This document shows positions 1 through 13,220 of a stretch of 64,000 nt of DNA, one piece after another. The notes beneath the pieces were generated by a model. It searched no databases, was not told the DNA's origin, and worked only from the letters and a program-made list of their open reading frames with translations. How positions within the stretch are numbered: the first letter of the stretch is position 1; the number at the start of each line of letters is the position of its first letter. Made by a program: the position numbers and the translations under genes. The DNA is from Squalus acanthias (lineage: Eukaryota). The stretch lies in contig CM059438.1 of the NCBI GenBank assembly GCA_030390025.1, positions 58,902,001 through 58,966,000 of the forward strand, written 5' to 3'.

Positions 1-74
1 CCAATATTGAATGGAGCAGTGACTGTGTTAAGGGTAGAGAAGGGGAGGAATTTCTGAAGTGTATTCAGGAGAAC
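1..74 (+). mobile_element. CR1 LINE ORF2 fragment (end of endonuclease domain)
   Basis: Translates NIEWSSDCVKGREGEEFLKCIQEN, similar to IDWANQIGKGSLEDEFMECIRDS in the CR1 copy near 3400. Confidence 0.65.
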
Positions 75-309
75 CTGTGTTATTCTCCAGTCCCTAAGGA
101 CAGTATGGGCAGGTGGCTATATTATTCTACATTCCCTGTGACAATGTGGGCAGGTGACTTGTCTCATTCTACATTCTCTATAGGACCATCTGGGCAAGTG
201 AGCTGTGTTATTCTCCATTCGCTAAGGACACTGGTATATTTTATAGGCCACCAAATAGTGGTAAGACGATAGTAATTTCTTTGCAAATCTGCTCCACTAT
301 CTCTTACCA

Positions 310-1080
310 GAGAAAAGTGTGGGGTGATACATTTTGGTAGGAAGAATGAGGAGAGACAGTACATGCTGAATGGTACAATTTTAAAGGGGGTGCAAGAGAG
401 AGACACCTGGGAGTGCTTGTGCACAAATCTTTGAAGGTGGCAGGACAGGTTAATAAAGCATATGGGATCCTGGGCTTTATAAATAGAGGCACAGAGTACA
501 AAAGCCAGGAAGTTAGTCTAAACCTATAAAGAACACTAGTTCAGCCCCAGCTGGAGTATTGGGTCCAATTCTGGGCACCGCACTTTAGGAACGACATGAA
601 GGATTTGGAGAGGGTACAGAAGAGATTTACTAGAATGATTCCAGGGGATGAGGGATTATAGTCACATGGATAGACTGGAGAAACTGGGATTGTTGGAACA
701 GAGAAGGCTAAGAGGAGATTTGATAGAGGCGTTTAAAATCATGAAGGGTTTAGATAGAGTAAATAAAGAGAAACTGTTTCCAATGGCTGAAGGGTCGATA
801 ACCAGAGGGCACAGATTTAAGGTGATTGGCAAAAGAACCAGAGGCGACAGGAGGAAAAGCGAGTGGTTAGGATTTGGAATGCACTGCCCGATAGGGTGGT
901 GGATACAGATTCAATAGTAGCCTTCAAAAGGGAATTGGATAAATACTTAAAGGAGAAAAAATTGCAGGGATATGGGGAAAGAGCGGGGGAGCAGGACTGG
1001 CTGGATTGCTCTTCGAAAGAGCCAACGCAGACTCGACGGGCCGAATGATCTCCTTCTGTGCTGTACTATTCTATGATTTT
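310..1080 (+). mobile_element. CR1 LINE, 5'-truncated 3' fragment
   Basis: ORF2 C-terminus (RRLRGDLIEAFKIMKG, WNALP, FKRELDKYL), 3' UTR gggccgaatg and a ttctatga tail. Confidence 0.9.
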
Positions 1081-1084
1081 ATAA

Positions 1085-1520
1085 TAAATCTGGTACTGTC
1101 TGTTACTCTCTATAGTAAATCTGGTACTGTCCTGTTAGTCCTTATAGATAAATTTGCAAATCACTGTAATAATTCTGTTACTATGCTGTTGCTTCCTATA
1201 AGCAAATGTGTCTTGTTACACCTGTGGTAAATTTGTCACTATCTGCTTACTCCATAAATCTGTTATTGTTCGTCCCTATAGTTAAATCAATTACTATCCT
1301 GATACTTCCTATACATGAACCTGTTCCTATCCTCTTATTATACATAGGTAAATCTGTTTCTATTTTGTTATTCCCTATAGGTGACTCTTTTACGATCTTC
1401 TGACTCCCTGTAGGTAAGTCTGTTATTATCCTCTTACACCATACAGGTAAATCAATTATTATTCTGCTACTCCCTATAGGTAAATCTGTTACTATCTTGT
1501 TAGACTCAAAAGTAAATATA
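1085..1520. repeat. degenerate ~33-bp tandem repeat (ataggtaaatctgttactatcctgttactccct-like)
   Basis: gtaaatctgt recurs roughly every 31-34 bp. Confidence 0.7.
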
Positions 1521-1533
1521 GTTCCTCTTAATA

Positions 1534-1982
1534 GAAAGATCGATCTTGCATTTCTATAGCGCTTTTCACGACCTCAGGCGTCCCAAAACGCTTTACAGCC
1601 AATGAAGAACTTTTAAGGTGTAGTCACTGTTGTAATGTAGGAAACGCAGCAGCCATTATCTGCACAGCAAGATCCCACAAACAGCAATGTGATAATGACT
1701 AGATAAGCTCTTTTAGTGCTTTTGGTTGAGAGATAAATATTGGCCAGGACACCGGGGAGAACTCCTGTGCTCTTCTTCGAAATAATGCCATGGGATCTTT
1801 TACGTCCACCTGAGAGAGCAGACGGGGCTTCGGTTTAACGTCCGATCTGAAAGACGGCACCTCCGACAGTGCAGCACTCCCTCAGCACTGCACTGGAGTG
1901 TCAGCCTGGATTATAGGATCAAGTCTTTGGCATGAGACTTGAATCAAAACCTTCTGATTCAGAGGCGAGAGCACTACCACCT
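1534..1982 (-). mobile_element. tRNA-derived DeuSINE (SacSINE1/AmnSINE1-type)
   Basis: Reverse complement of the full copy at 22471-22916, with Deu core gagggagtgctgcactgtcggaggtgccgtctttc. Confidence 0.88.
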
Positions 1983-2173
1983 CACTTCTCTTGAAAGTGT
2001 TTGTCTCCTTTACACAGGAAGAGATTTGCTTACCTGTCGGAATAATCAGCAATGACAAGTGTAATGACAGATTCAGGGTTCTCCGAGCCCAACATTACAA
2101 ATTGTTGCAATGTGACTCAATAAATGGTGTACGATTGAATGTATTGGGCCTGTTGATCGGAGGGATCAATTAC

Positions 2174-2336
2174 CTGATCTTCCAGCCCTTCCTAACCTAC
2201 TCGCTGCCTTGTTATTAACGTGATCTTCAATCAGGCTTGCCACAATTTCAATCGCGAACAGGGATGGTGCGAGGGTAACACAAAATCTCTCTCCCAGCTT
2301 CTTATTCTTGAAATCCGGCAGGCTTGCAAAGGGAAC
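2174..2336 (-). CDS. TPR/CHAT gene exon continuing the CHAT-like domain (not in the ORF track; 3' boundary uncertain)
   Basis: ctaatcccag|GTT, phase 0, reads VPFASLPDFKNKKLGERFCVTLAPSLFAIEIV, the expected xPFxxL...L.ERF.V...PSL continuation. Best GT donor is TCAG|gtaatt at 2174. Confidence 0.8.
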
Positions 2337-2569
2337 CTGGGATTAGAGAAGATTTCAATCAGATTCAGAGGGATGGAAGGAAAAGAGTTAGAGAGGAACG
2401 AACAATGTCACATTAACCTTTGTACAGGGTAACTAACCTCAGCAAATTACAGCTGAACTGGTAGATACAGCAGGATGAACAACATTCCAAGGGGCTTATG
2501 AAGAGTGCGATGTGCACAGTTCAACAAGTTTTAACCGAGTCTAGTTACCATTACTAGCTGGCACCATCA

Positions 2570-2796
2570 CTTTTTAGGAAAGCGATGTTATAATGATCTG
2601 GAATGCAAAGTCTGAAAGGGTGGTGAAATCAGATTTAATAGTAACTTTCAAAGGGGAAATTGGATAGATACTTAAATTTGCAGGGCTATGGGGAAAGAGC
2701 ATGCAAGTGGGTCTAATTGGATAGCTCTTTCAAAGAGCCAACACAGGCACAATAGGCCAAATGGCCTCCTTCTGTGCTGTATCATTCTATGATTCT
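2570..2796 (+). mobile_element. CR1 LINE short 3' fragment
   Basis: ggatagatacttaa...ggctatggggaaagagc...ggccaaatggcctccttctgtgctgtatcattctatgattct. Confidence 0.85.
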
Positions 2797-3024
2797 GTAA
2801 TCCAGGTAGCCTCAGCGCCTCTGGGCTAAGAAGCAGAAAATTGGCCAGAATTCCTGGTTTTGGTTGTTAACTGAGGCTCCTATTGGAAAGTGTGGTCTTT
2901 GGATGAGCACAGAAGTGGCCTTGACTATTTGATTCCCTCCACGGTTAAATGGCCTGTTGGAGCCTGGTGTCACATATGAAGAATGGCTGGCTCGCTGAGA
3001 CACCAGAGGGTTGGCAGCACCTAT

Positions 3025-5836
3025 AGAACTGGGTACAATCTAATAGCCATTAGAGTGACATGGTTGCAAGGTGACCAGCGTTGGGAACTAAATATTCCAG
3101 GGTACTTAACTTATCGAAAAGATAGGCAGACTGGAACAGGGGGGGGGGGGGTGGGTAGACCTGATAATTAAGGTTGACACAAGGACAGTAGTGAGAAAGG
3201 ATCTTGGCTCAGAAGATCAGGAAGTAGAATCAGTATGGGTGGAGATAAGAAATAACAAGGAGCAGAAAACAGTGGTGGGAGTAGTTTACAGGCCCCCTAA
3301 CAGTAGCTATATCATTGGACAGAGTATTAATCAAGAAATAATAGGAGCTTGTAACAAAGGTAATACAATAATCGTAGGCGACTTTAATCTGCATATAGAT
3401 TGGGCAAATCAAATTGGCAAGGGTAGTCTGGAGGATGAGTTCATGGAATGTATTAGAGACAGTTTCCTAGAACAATACGTCATGGAACCAACCAGGGAAC
3501 AGGATATTTCAGATCTTGCTTTGTGTAATGAGACAGGGCTAATTAGTAATCTTATAGTGAAGGATCCTCTCGGCAAGAATATGATAAGAATGTCATTTTC
3601 AAACTCTATGTGAAATTCTAAGTCCAACACTAGAGTCTTAAACATAAAGCCAATTATGTAGGTATGAGGGGCGAGTTGGCTAAGGTAGATTGGGAAATTA
3701 GATTAAAAGATGTAGATAAGCAGTAGCAATCATTTAAAGAAACAGCCCAAAATTCTCACCGAATATACATTCCATTGAGAAATAAAAACTCCACGGGAAA
3801 AGTGATCATCCGTGGCTAACTAAATAAGTTAAGGATAGTATTAGATTAAAAGAAGAGGTTTATAATGTTGCAAAGAATAGTAGTAAGCCTGAGGATTGGG
3901 AGAGCTTTAGAAACCAGCAAAGGATGACCAAAAAAATTGATAAAAAGGGAGAAAATAGAATACAAGAGTAAATTAGCAAGAAATATAAAAACAGATTGTA
4001 AGAGCTTCTACAAGTATGTAAAAAGGAAGAGAGTAGCAAAAGTAAGCGTTGGTCCCTTAGAGGCAGAGACAGGAGAAATTATATTGGGGAACAAGGAAAT
4101 GGCAGAGACTTTAAACAAATATTTTGTATGTGTCTTCACAGTAGAAGACACAAAAAGTATACCCAAATAGTGGGAAACCAAGGGGCTAATGAAAGCGAGG
4201 AACTTTAAGTAATTAATATCAGTAGAGAAAAAGTACTTAAGACACTAATGGGACTAAAAGCTGACAAATCCCCATGACCTGATGGCCTACATCCTAGAGT
4301 TCTAAACGAGGTGGCTGCAGTGATAGTGGATGCATTGGTTGCAATCTTCCAAAATTCCATAGATTCAGGAAAGGTCCCAGCGGATTGGAAGGTAGCAAAT
4401 GTAACCCCTCTATTCAAGAAAGGAGGGAGAGAGAAAACCGGGAACTACAGGTCAGTTAGCCTAACAATAGTCATCGGGAAAATGCTGGAAACCATTATTA
4501 AGGAAATGGTAACAGGGTACTTAGAAAATCATAATATGATTAGGCAGAGTCAACATGGTTTTATGAAAGGGAAATCGTGCTTGACAAATTTATTGGAGTT
4601 TTTTGAGGATGTAACTAGCAAGGTAGATAAAGGGGAACCAGTGAATGTAGTATATTTGGATTTCCAAAAGGAATTCGATAAGGTGCCACATAAAAGGTTA
4701 TTAAGCAAGGACTCATGGGGTTGGGGGTAAGGTATTAGCATGGATAGAGGATTGGTTAACGGCCAGAAAATAGAGTAGGGATAAACGGGTAATTTTCTGG
4801 TTGGCAGGCTGTAACTAGTGGGGTGCCGCAAGGATCAGTGCTTGGGCCTCAGCTATTTACAATCTATATTAATGACTTAGATGAAGGGACCGAGTGCAAT
4901 GTATTCAAGTTTGCTGACGATATAAAGCTAGGTGGGAAAGTAAGCTGTGAGGATGCAAAGAGCTGGCAAAGGGATATCGACAGGTTAAGTGAGTGGGCAA
5001 TAAGGTGGCAGATGGAGTATAATGTGGGGAAATATGAGGTTATTCACTTTGGTAGGAAGAATAGAAAAACAGAATATCTTTTAAATGGTGAGAAACTATT
5101 AAATGTTGGTGTTCAGAGAGATTTGGGTGTCCTAGTATAAGAAACACAGAGTTAGCAGGCAGGTACAGCAAGCAATTAGGAAGGCAAATTACATGTTGGC
5201 CTTTACTGCTAGAGGGTTGGAGTACAAGAGTAAGGAAGTCTTGCTACAATTGTAGAGCTCTGGTGAGACCACATCTGGAGTACTGTGCACAGTTTTGGTC
5301 TCCTTATTTAAGGAAGGGATATACTTGCCTTAGAGGCAGTGCAACAAAGGGTCACTAGATTGATCCCTGGGATGAGAGAGTTGTCCTATGAGGAGAGATT
5401 GAGTAGAATGGGCCTATACTCTCTGGAGTTTAGAAGAATGAGAGGTGATCGCATTGAAACATAAGATTCTGAGGGGGATTGACTGGGTAGATGCTGAGAG
5501 ATTGTTTCCCCTGGCTGGAGAGTCCAGAACTAGGGGGCATAGTCTCAGGTTAAGGGGTCGGCCTTTTAAGACTGAGATGAGGAGGAATTTCTTCACTCAG
5601 AGGGTTATGAATCTTTGGAATTCTCTGCCCCAAAGTGCTGTGGATGCTCAGTCGTTGCGTCTATTCAAGTCTGAGATAGATAGATTTTTGGACTCGAGGA
5701 ATTAAGGGATATAGGGATCGGGCAGGAAAGTGGAGTTGAGGTCGAAGATCAGCCATGATCTTAATGAATGGCGGAGCAGGCTCGAGGAGCCGTATGGCCT
5801 ACTCCTGCTCCTAATTCTTATGTACTTATGTTCTTA
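3025..5836 (+). mobile_element. CR1 LINE, nearly complete but disrupted ORF2 (endonuclease + RT)
   Basis: ORFs 3191-3613 (GVVYRPP, GDFN), 4311-4730 ([18 protein letters not shown]), 4823-5140 ([12 protein letters not shown]) and 5445-5705, broken by frameshifts and stops; cttatgtt tail. Confidence 0.95.
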
Positions 5837-5920
5837 ACTGTACCCTACCAAAAATGAGCACCTTCAGGAGATATGTGAAAAAAATAATTGATAAAAAAAA
5901 TAAAAACACACATAGATGTA

Positions 5921-6364
5921 AAAAGAAAAAAAGACCAGCATTTATATAGCACCTTTCACAACCTCAGGACGTCCCAAAGCGCTTCACAGCCAATGAAGTA
6001 CGTTTTGAAGTGTTGTCACTGTTGTATGAATCGTGGCAGCCATTTTCCACACAGCAAGATCCCACAAACAGCAATGTGATAAATGACCAGATAATCTGTT
6101 TTAGCGATTTTGGAAGAGGGGTAAATGTTGGCCAAGACAGCAGGGAGTACTCCCTTGCTCTTCGTCAAAATAGTGCCGTGGGATCTTTTATATCTACCTG
6201 AGAGGGCAGACGGAGCCTCGGTTTAACGTCTCATCCGAAAGATGGCACCTCCAACAGTGCAGCACTCCCTCAGTATTGTACTGGAGTGTCAGCCTAGATT
6301 ATGAGCTCAAGTCTCTGGAGTGAACCCACGACCTTCTGACTCAGAGGCAGCAGTGCTACCACTG
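5921..6364 (-). mobile_element. DeuSINE
   Basis: Same sequence family as 22471-22916, in reverse orientation. Confidence 0.88.
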
Positions 6365-6929
6365 GGGTAGTTTTGTGATTGTGTGCTCCCAGCAGGGAGT
6401 CTCGCCTGCTGAGAGCGGGTATTGGAAACGCCAGCAGACACTGCACACAATGTTTCAACCAAATAGTCAGAAAATTGTGCACAGTGCATGTTAGAATTTC
6501 CCACATGCGTTCTTAACAGGCGAGACTCCCCGAAATCCAACAGTGACCATTGTGATATCCATTGTGCCATGGTACTGGCAATCTTTCACCCATCCATTTA
6601 GTAACTTCTACTGTTAGAATACCCAATTCACAACATATTTAGTCATCTGGGAGGGAAATTGCTGTCGCATGTAGAATCACCTGGAAAAAGAATTACAATG
6701 TCACAATTCCAACGAGGACTAATGTACAACACACCCCACCCATAACTCAGAGCTCTCTGAACTCATTCAGTGGAGATGAGCAGTGGACAATAAGAAAAGG
6801 TCAGAATTTTAAGTTTAATTGTTTTGCAGATCATGACTAACAGGCCCGGTCGAGATGTCCTCCCATTCTACAGCCATTACATCCCAACATCTCCCAAGAA
6901 CCCTTTATTTGGGGCGTTGTTTGCGGACA

Positions 6930-7600
6930 TAGAGAATCACAGAATGATACAGCACTAAAGTTGGCCATTTAGCCCATCGTGCCCGTGCAGCTCTTTGTTA
7001 GAGCTGTCCAATTAGTCCCACTCCCCCGCTCTTTCCCCATTGCCTTGTAATTTTTTTCCCTTCAAGTATTTATCCAATTTTCTTTTGAAAGTTACTATTG
7101 AATCTGCTTCCACCACCCTTTCAGGCAGCGCATTCCAGATCATAACAACTCGCGGCATAAAAAAATGTTTCCTGTTATCGCCTCTGGTTCTTTTGCCAAT
7201 TACCATAAATCTGTCTCCTCTGGTTACTGACCCTTATGCCACTAGAAACAGTTTCTCCTTATTTACTCTTATCAAAACCGTTTGTGATTTTGAACACCTC
7301 TATCAAATCTCTTCTTAACCTTCTCTGTTCCAAGGAGAACCTCAGCTTCTCCAGTCTCTGAACTCTCAGTAGCTGCGAGGTAGCCACCTCCTGAAACATG
7401 TGCTCCAGGAAATTCTCAGCCTCCCATATGCCATGCAGCGTCTCGAGCTGCTCCTCAAGCTCAGAAACCCCGAGCTCGAGCTCGAGCTCGAGCTCGAGCA
7501 GCCGGAGGCACTTCCTGCACAAGTGATTATTCAGGACACGTGAAGCGTTCGGGAGTTCCCACATGGCACAGGAATTGCAAGGCAACGGGTCTCAACTGTC
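6930..7600 (-). mobile_element. internally deleted CR1: ORF1 N-terminus joined to ORF2 3' end
   Basis: ORF 7259-7585 has CxxC..W..CxxC plus a leucine zipper (CR1 ORF1), then LEQRRLRRDLIEVFKI (ORF2 end). The 3' UTR and tail end near 6930. Confidence 0.75.
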
Positions 7601-8096
7601 CCATCATTTTGTTTAAAAGTCTATCTACTTCTGTTATATATGTTTTTAGTTTAGTATCCCCTTACTCCTATTTATTATTTAATTATTTATGTATACCAGA
7701 TTTTTATTTAATGCAATTTGGATCCCTTTAATGTTGGTATCCTCTACTTAATTAATTTTAATTTTATCCCTTTAGAACTATTTTTATTTCGTTAAAGGCG
7801 CTATATAAATAAAAGTTGTTGTTTATTATTTACAGTTGCCTCTTGGTTTAAAGCACTGAGCACCTCCTGCCCCCTCTGCACCGAGTTCTCACTCTCACCA
7901 AATTCCCGTTGCCACTCTGTTTAGCAGATACTCCAAGCTCCGTGTGTGCAGCTCTCATGTGATTCCTCAGTGACCTTACGTGGAGCAGGCTCAGTGTGAA
8001 CACGTTGTCAACAGCCTTTATGCTCCTTGCACAGACCAAAGTGAGGGACCTGAAGGTGGTCATAACATTCAGGGATGCTTTACTGCAATCCGCACT

Positions 8097-11000
8097 TAGA
8101 ACATAAGAAATAGGAGCAGGAGTAGGCCATTCGGCCCCTTGAGCTGTTCCGCCATTCAATAAGGTCATGGCTGATCTGATCTTGGCCTCAACTCCACTTT
8201 CCTGCCCACTCCTCATAACCCTCGACTCCCCTGTAGCTCAAAAATCTGTCTATCTCCGCCTTGAATATATTCACTGACTCAGCCGCCACAGCTCTCTGGG
8301 GTAGAGAATTCCAGAAATTCCCAACCCTGAGAGAAGAAATTCCTCCTCATCGCCATCGTAAATGGGCGACCCCTTATCCTGAAACTATGCCCCCTAGTTC
8401 TAGATTCCCCCATGAGGGGAAACATCCTCTCAGCATCTACCCTGTCAAGCCCCCTCAGAATCTTATATGTTTCAATAAGATCACCTCTCATTCTTCTAAA
8501 CTCCAATGAGTATAGGCCCAACCTGCTCAACCTTTCGTCATACGTCAACCCCTTCATCCCAGGAATCAACCTAGTGAACCTTCTCTGAACTGCCTCCAAT
8601 GCAAGTATATCCCTCCTTAAATAAGGAGACCAAAACTGTACGCAGTACTCCAGGTGTGGTCTCACCAACGCCTTGAACAGTTACAGCAGGACTTCCCTAC
8701 TTTTATACTCCATCCCCCTTGCAATAAAGGCCAACATTCCATTTGCCTTCTAATTACTTGCTGTACCTGCATGCTAACTTTTTGTGTTTCATGTACGAGG
8801 ACACCCAGATCCTTTTGTACCGCAGCATTCTGTAGTCTCTCTCCATTTAAATAATATTTTGTTTTTCTATTCTTCCTACCAAAGTGGATAACCTCACATT
8901 TTCTCACATTATACTCCATCTGCCAAATTTTTGCCCACTCACTTAACCCATCTATATCCCTTTGCAGACTCTGTGTCCTCCTCACAACTTGCTTTCCCAC
9001 CTATCTTTATATCGTCAGCAAATTTGGCTACAGTACACTCGGTCCCTTCATCCAAGTCATTAATATAGATTGTAAATAGTTGAGGCCCCAGCACTGATCC
9101 CTGTGGCACCCCACTAGTTACAGTTTGCCAACCTGAAAATGATCTATTTATCCCGACTCTTTTTTTTTTGTTAGTTAGCCAATCCTATATCCATGCTAAT
9201 ATATTACCCCCAACACTGAGCTCTTATCTTGTGCAGTAACCTTTTATGCGGCACCTTATCGAATGCCTTTTGGAAATCCAAATACACTACATCTACTGGT
9301 TCCCCTTGATCCACTCTGCTCGTTACATCCTCAAAGAACTCGAATAAATTTGTCAAACACGATTTCCCTTTCATAAAACCATGTTGACTCTGCTTGATTG
9401 TATTATGATTTTCTAAATGTCCTGCTACTACTCCCTTAATAATGGATTCCAGCATTTTCCCAATGACAGATGTAAGGCTAACTGGCCTATAGTTTCCTGC
9501 TTTCTGTCTCCCTCCTTTCTTGAATAGGGGCGTTACATTTGCGGTTTTTCAATCCACTGGGACCTTTCCAGAATCTAGGGAATTTTGGAAGATTACAACC
9601 AATGCATCCACCAGCTCTGCAACCACTTCTTTTAAGACCCTAGGATGTAGGCCATCAGGTCCAGGGACTTGTCAACCTTTAGTCCCATTAGTTTGCCTAG
9701 TACTTTTTCTCTAGTGATAGTGATTGTTTTAAGTTCCTCCCTCCCTTTTGTCCCTTGATTATCTACTATTATTGTGATGCTTCAAGTGTCTTCTACCGTG
9801 AAGACAGAGACGAAATATTTGTTCAAAGTATCCGCCATTTCCTTGTTTACCATTATTAATTCCCCAGTTTCATCCTCTAAGGGACTAATGTTTACTTTAG
9901 CTACTCTTTTCCTTTTTATATACCTGTAGTTGCTCTTGCTGTCTGTTTTTATATTTCTTGCTAGTTTATTCTCAAACTATTTTCTCCCTCTATTATTTTT
10001 TTGTGTCATCCTTTTTAAAAATATTTCCCAATCTTCTGGCCTACCACTAATCTTCGCAACACTGTAAGCCTTTTCTTTCAATTTGATACCATCCTTGACT
10101 TCTTAGTTAGCTTCGGATGGTTCATCCTTCTCGTAGAGTCTTTCTTTCTCACTGGAATATATCTTTGTTGAGAGTTATAAAATATCTCCTTAAATGTCCG
10201 CCACTGCTTAGCCATCTTTCGGATGAGAAGTTAAACCGCTCTCTCAGGTAGATGTAAAAGATCCCAAGGCACTATTTCGAAGAAGAGCAGGGGAGCTATC
10301 CCCGGTGTCCTGGCCAATACTTATCCCTCAATCAACATCACTAAAACAGATTATTGGGTCATTATCACATTGTTGTTTGTGGGAGCTTGCTGTGTGCAAA
10401 TTGGCTGCCGCGTTTCCCACATTACAAAAGTACTTCATTGGCTGTAAAGCGCTTTGCGACGTCCGGTGGTCGTGAAAGGCGCTATATAAATGCAAGTATT
10501 TCTTTCTTTCTTTATCTACTGTCTTACCTTTTAATCTATTTTCCCAGTCCACTTTAGCCAACTCTGTCTTCATACCCTTGTAATTGTCTTTATTTAAGTT
10601 TAAGACACTAGCTTCAGACCCAAGTTTCTCACCCTCAAACTGAATGTGAAATTCTATCATGTTATGATCACTCTTCCGAAGAGGATCCTTTACTGAGATC
10701 ATTAATGAATCCTGTCTCATTACACATTACCAGATCTAAAATAGCCTGCTCCCTGGTTGGTTTCACAACGTATTGTTCTAAGAAACCGTCCCGAATACAC
10801 TCTATGAACTCGTCCTCAAGGCTACCTTTGCCAATTTGACTTGTCCAATCTATATGAAGATTAAAATCGCCCATGATTATTGCAGTATCTTTCTTACAAG
10901 CCCCCATTATTTCTTGATTTACACTCTGTCATACAGTGTAGCTACTGTTAGGGGGCCTATAGATTACTCCCACCAGTGACTTCTTTCCCTTACTATTTCT

Positions 11001-11490
11001 TATCTCCACCCAAACTGATTCTACATCTTGATCTTCCGAGCCAAGATCATTTCTCACTACTGTACTGATCTCATCCTTTATTAACAGAGCTACCCCACCT
11101 CCTTTTCCTTTCTGCCTATCCTTCTGAAATGTCAAATACCCCTGAATATTCAGTTCCCAGCCTTGGTCACCTTGCAACTACGTCTCTGTAATGGCTATCT
11201 GATCATACCCATTTATTTCTATTTGTGCCGTCAATTCATCGATCTTGTTACGAATGCTGTGTGCATTCAGGTAAAGAGCCTTTAATTTTGTTTTTTTACC
11301 ATTTTTCCCTACTCTGACTCTATTTTCTGGTGCACTCTTATGTTTGTATGCTCTGTCCCTTCCTGTCACACTCTGGTTATTACTCCTATCGCTACCTTGC
11401 ACTATTGCCTTGTCCTTTCTCTTTAACTTTCTAAATTTCCCCTCACCTGAACCCTCGCCCGCGCACCCCCCCCCCCACTATTTAGTTCAA
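8097..11490 (-). mobile_element. CR1 LINE, nearly full ORF2, disrupted
   Basis: ORFs from LKALYLNAHSIRNK (start of endonuclease) through the RT motifs to VRPHLEYCVQFWSP; tail cttatgttct near 8100. Confidence 0.95.
10211..10511 (+). mobile_element. 5'-truncated DeuSINE nested in the CR1
   Basis: Deu core and tail aaaggcgctatataaatgcaag interrupt the CR1 sequence ccactgctta|tctactgtc. Confidence 0.85.
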
Positions 11491-11497
11491 CTTCAAT

Positions 11498-11790
11498 CCA
11501 ACTCGCCCTGCCTGCTCCGACACTCCAACTCGCCCTGCCTGCTCCGACACTCCAACTCGCCCTGCCTGCTCCGACACTCCAACTCGCCCTGCCTGCTCCG
11601 ACACTCCAACTCGCCCTGCCTGCTCCGACACTCCAACTCGCCCTGCCTGCTCCGACACTCCAACTCGCCCTGCCTGCTCCGACACTCCAACTCGCCCTGC
11701 CTGCTCCGACACTCCAACTCGCCCTGCCTGCTCCGACACTCCAACTCGCCCTGCCTGCTCCGACACTCCAACTCGCCCTGCCTGCTCCGA
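11498..11790. repeat. 27-bp minisatellite, ~11 perfect copies (ccaactcgccctgcctgctccgacact)
   Basis: Direct inspection; produces the 9-aa repeats in the ORF track. Confidence 0.97.
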
Positions 11791-11902
11791 CCTCCGCTCC
11801 TGAATTCTCGATATGCACTCTCTGTGGTCACATGAAACTCTGGGCCCAAAGCACTAATGCAGGATTTAAAGTCAGCGCGATGGTGAGTCTCGCCACACCC
11901 AC

Positions 11903-12088
11903 CTGGATGAGATGTTTGTCTGGCACAATCAGCAGGTTGCTGCCTTGCTGCAGCTCCTCTAGCAGGTGAGTCACAGGTCCAAAGAGCAGCAGGTACATCT
12001 GTTTCCAGTGCTCCATCTCCTTCTCACCTTCCGGCAGACTCCCCGCTGTCCCGGGATCCTTACACGATGAACGGGGCACCCGCCGTCT
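11903..12088 (-). CDS. TPR/CHAT gene exon: start of CHAT-like domain
   Basis: ctgctatag|AGA...CAG|gtgggt, 186 nt, phase 0/0. WKQMYLLLFGPVTHLLEELQQGSNLLIVPDKHLIQ matches the CHAT entry motif LYxLLxxP...LxIxPDxxL. Confidence 0.85.
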
Positions 12089-12829
12089 CTATAGCAGAAT
12101 TATATCAGGACAAGGGGATGAATGAGGCCAGTCATCTTTAGATACAAAAGTCACTTTTGAAATTTTAACTGTTTACATTTCAAAGCCTGATGCAAAAAAG
12201 GGTTACCGTCACAACCCCATTTTAAAATCTACTGCAGTTACAGTTATTATAAAGCTCATTTTCAGTTTAATTATGATCTTTTTTCCCCCAAGTTACTTAA
12301 ATCTGAAACGTTGGGCTCGATTTTGCCAGCGCTCAGAGGGCAGGTTTGGAGGCGGATCAGGTGGTAAAATCGCAAATATTGACGGCGGGTTCCGATCCCA
12401 CCGTCAACCCGCCTCCGTGCAACTTTCCCCAAAGGCGGCCTCCCAGACTCCCGATCGGTCCCGCCACCAAGCAGCGGGATAGGCCCTTAAGGCAGTTAAC
12501 TGCTTGGATAATGCTATTTTGACAGCGATTTTAGAAATTACCACTTTCTCAGCGTGTTCCACGCCGTTCCCAAACCACGCCAGCTGATTGAGCCGGGTTC
12601 ACAAGTGGCTGCCTTCTTCACAGCTGCAGCTCCAGCATAAAAACGGAGCTCTCAACAAGGCTCAGTTGCAGGTGGCAGAACTTTGTTTTTTCAGGTCTTG
12701 GAAAACTTTTTGCTGGTCCACTGATCTTGGAAGTGGTGAAGCTGAGATCCATCTCCACTGTGACCTCCTGGGAAAACCCTCTTCTCACACTGACTGAGCG
12801 CTTCCTCAGCTAAGATATCTACCAGCAGC

Positions 12830-13050
12830 ATGGGAACCATTTATTTCCTTTCATTCTGGTCCTCAGAATCGGAGGAAGAGCAGCCGTGGCAGCAGCAGAG
12901 CCAGACACAACAGCAGCACCAACAGCAGGAGCGCCAACCTCCTGCTCAGCCACCTGATGCTGCACAGGGCAGAAGGCGTCAGCGCAGGGCTGCACCTCGC
13001 CACAGGACATACCCCCAACACAGGGTTTACAGGCCGAGGATGACCTTCAT
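12830..13050 (+). pseudogene. Harbinger transposase N-terminal remnant
   Basis: ...RHRTYPQHRVYRPRMTF resembles the N-terminus of Harbinger transposases. No DDE domain follows. Confidence 0.5.
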
Positions 13051-13220
13051 TACAAATGCAAGTCGCCCTGAGCCCTCAATGTGCAACTTCCATTTCCCAG
13101 ATCACATAGGCCAGAACTTCAACTGTTTGCCATCACTTCTGTTTAATTAAAGCACAAAAGGATGACGATGGCAAAAATTAAAGACAACAGAACAGAACAC
13201 CCAAGTGACTACCCTTGTGA

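Noticed and set aside
75..310. Degenerate ~42-bp tandem repeat (gggcaggtg...attctacatt)
   Set aside because: It has only 3-4 highly diverged copies and nothing suggests a function.
1986..2033. Possible further small exon after ttattccgacag
   Set aside because: The site could be an acceptor or a donor, no recognisable CHAT motif follows, and it abuts a SINE. It cannot be supported.
7980..8049. Possible host exon (ccttcag|GTCCCTCAC...CAC|gtaagg, minus strand)
   Set aside because: In the required phase 0 it hits TGA after 13 codons, and the 11903 exon joins the 2336 exon directly with a continuous CHAT motif.
11344..11849. Repetitive ORFs over the 27-bp array (likewise 49387-50058 and 52238-52942)
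   Set aside because: They are translations of minisatellites, open in several frames on both strands, with no splice or homology support.
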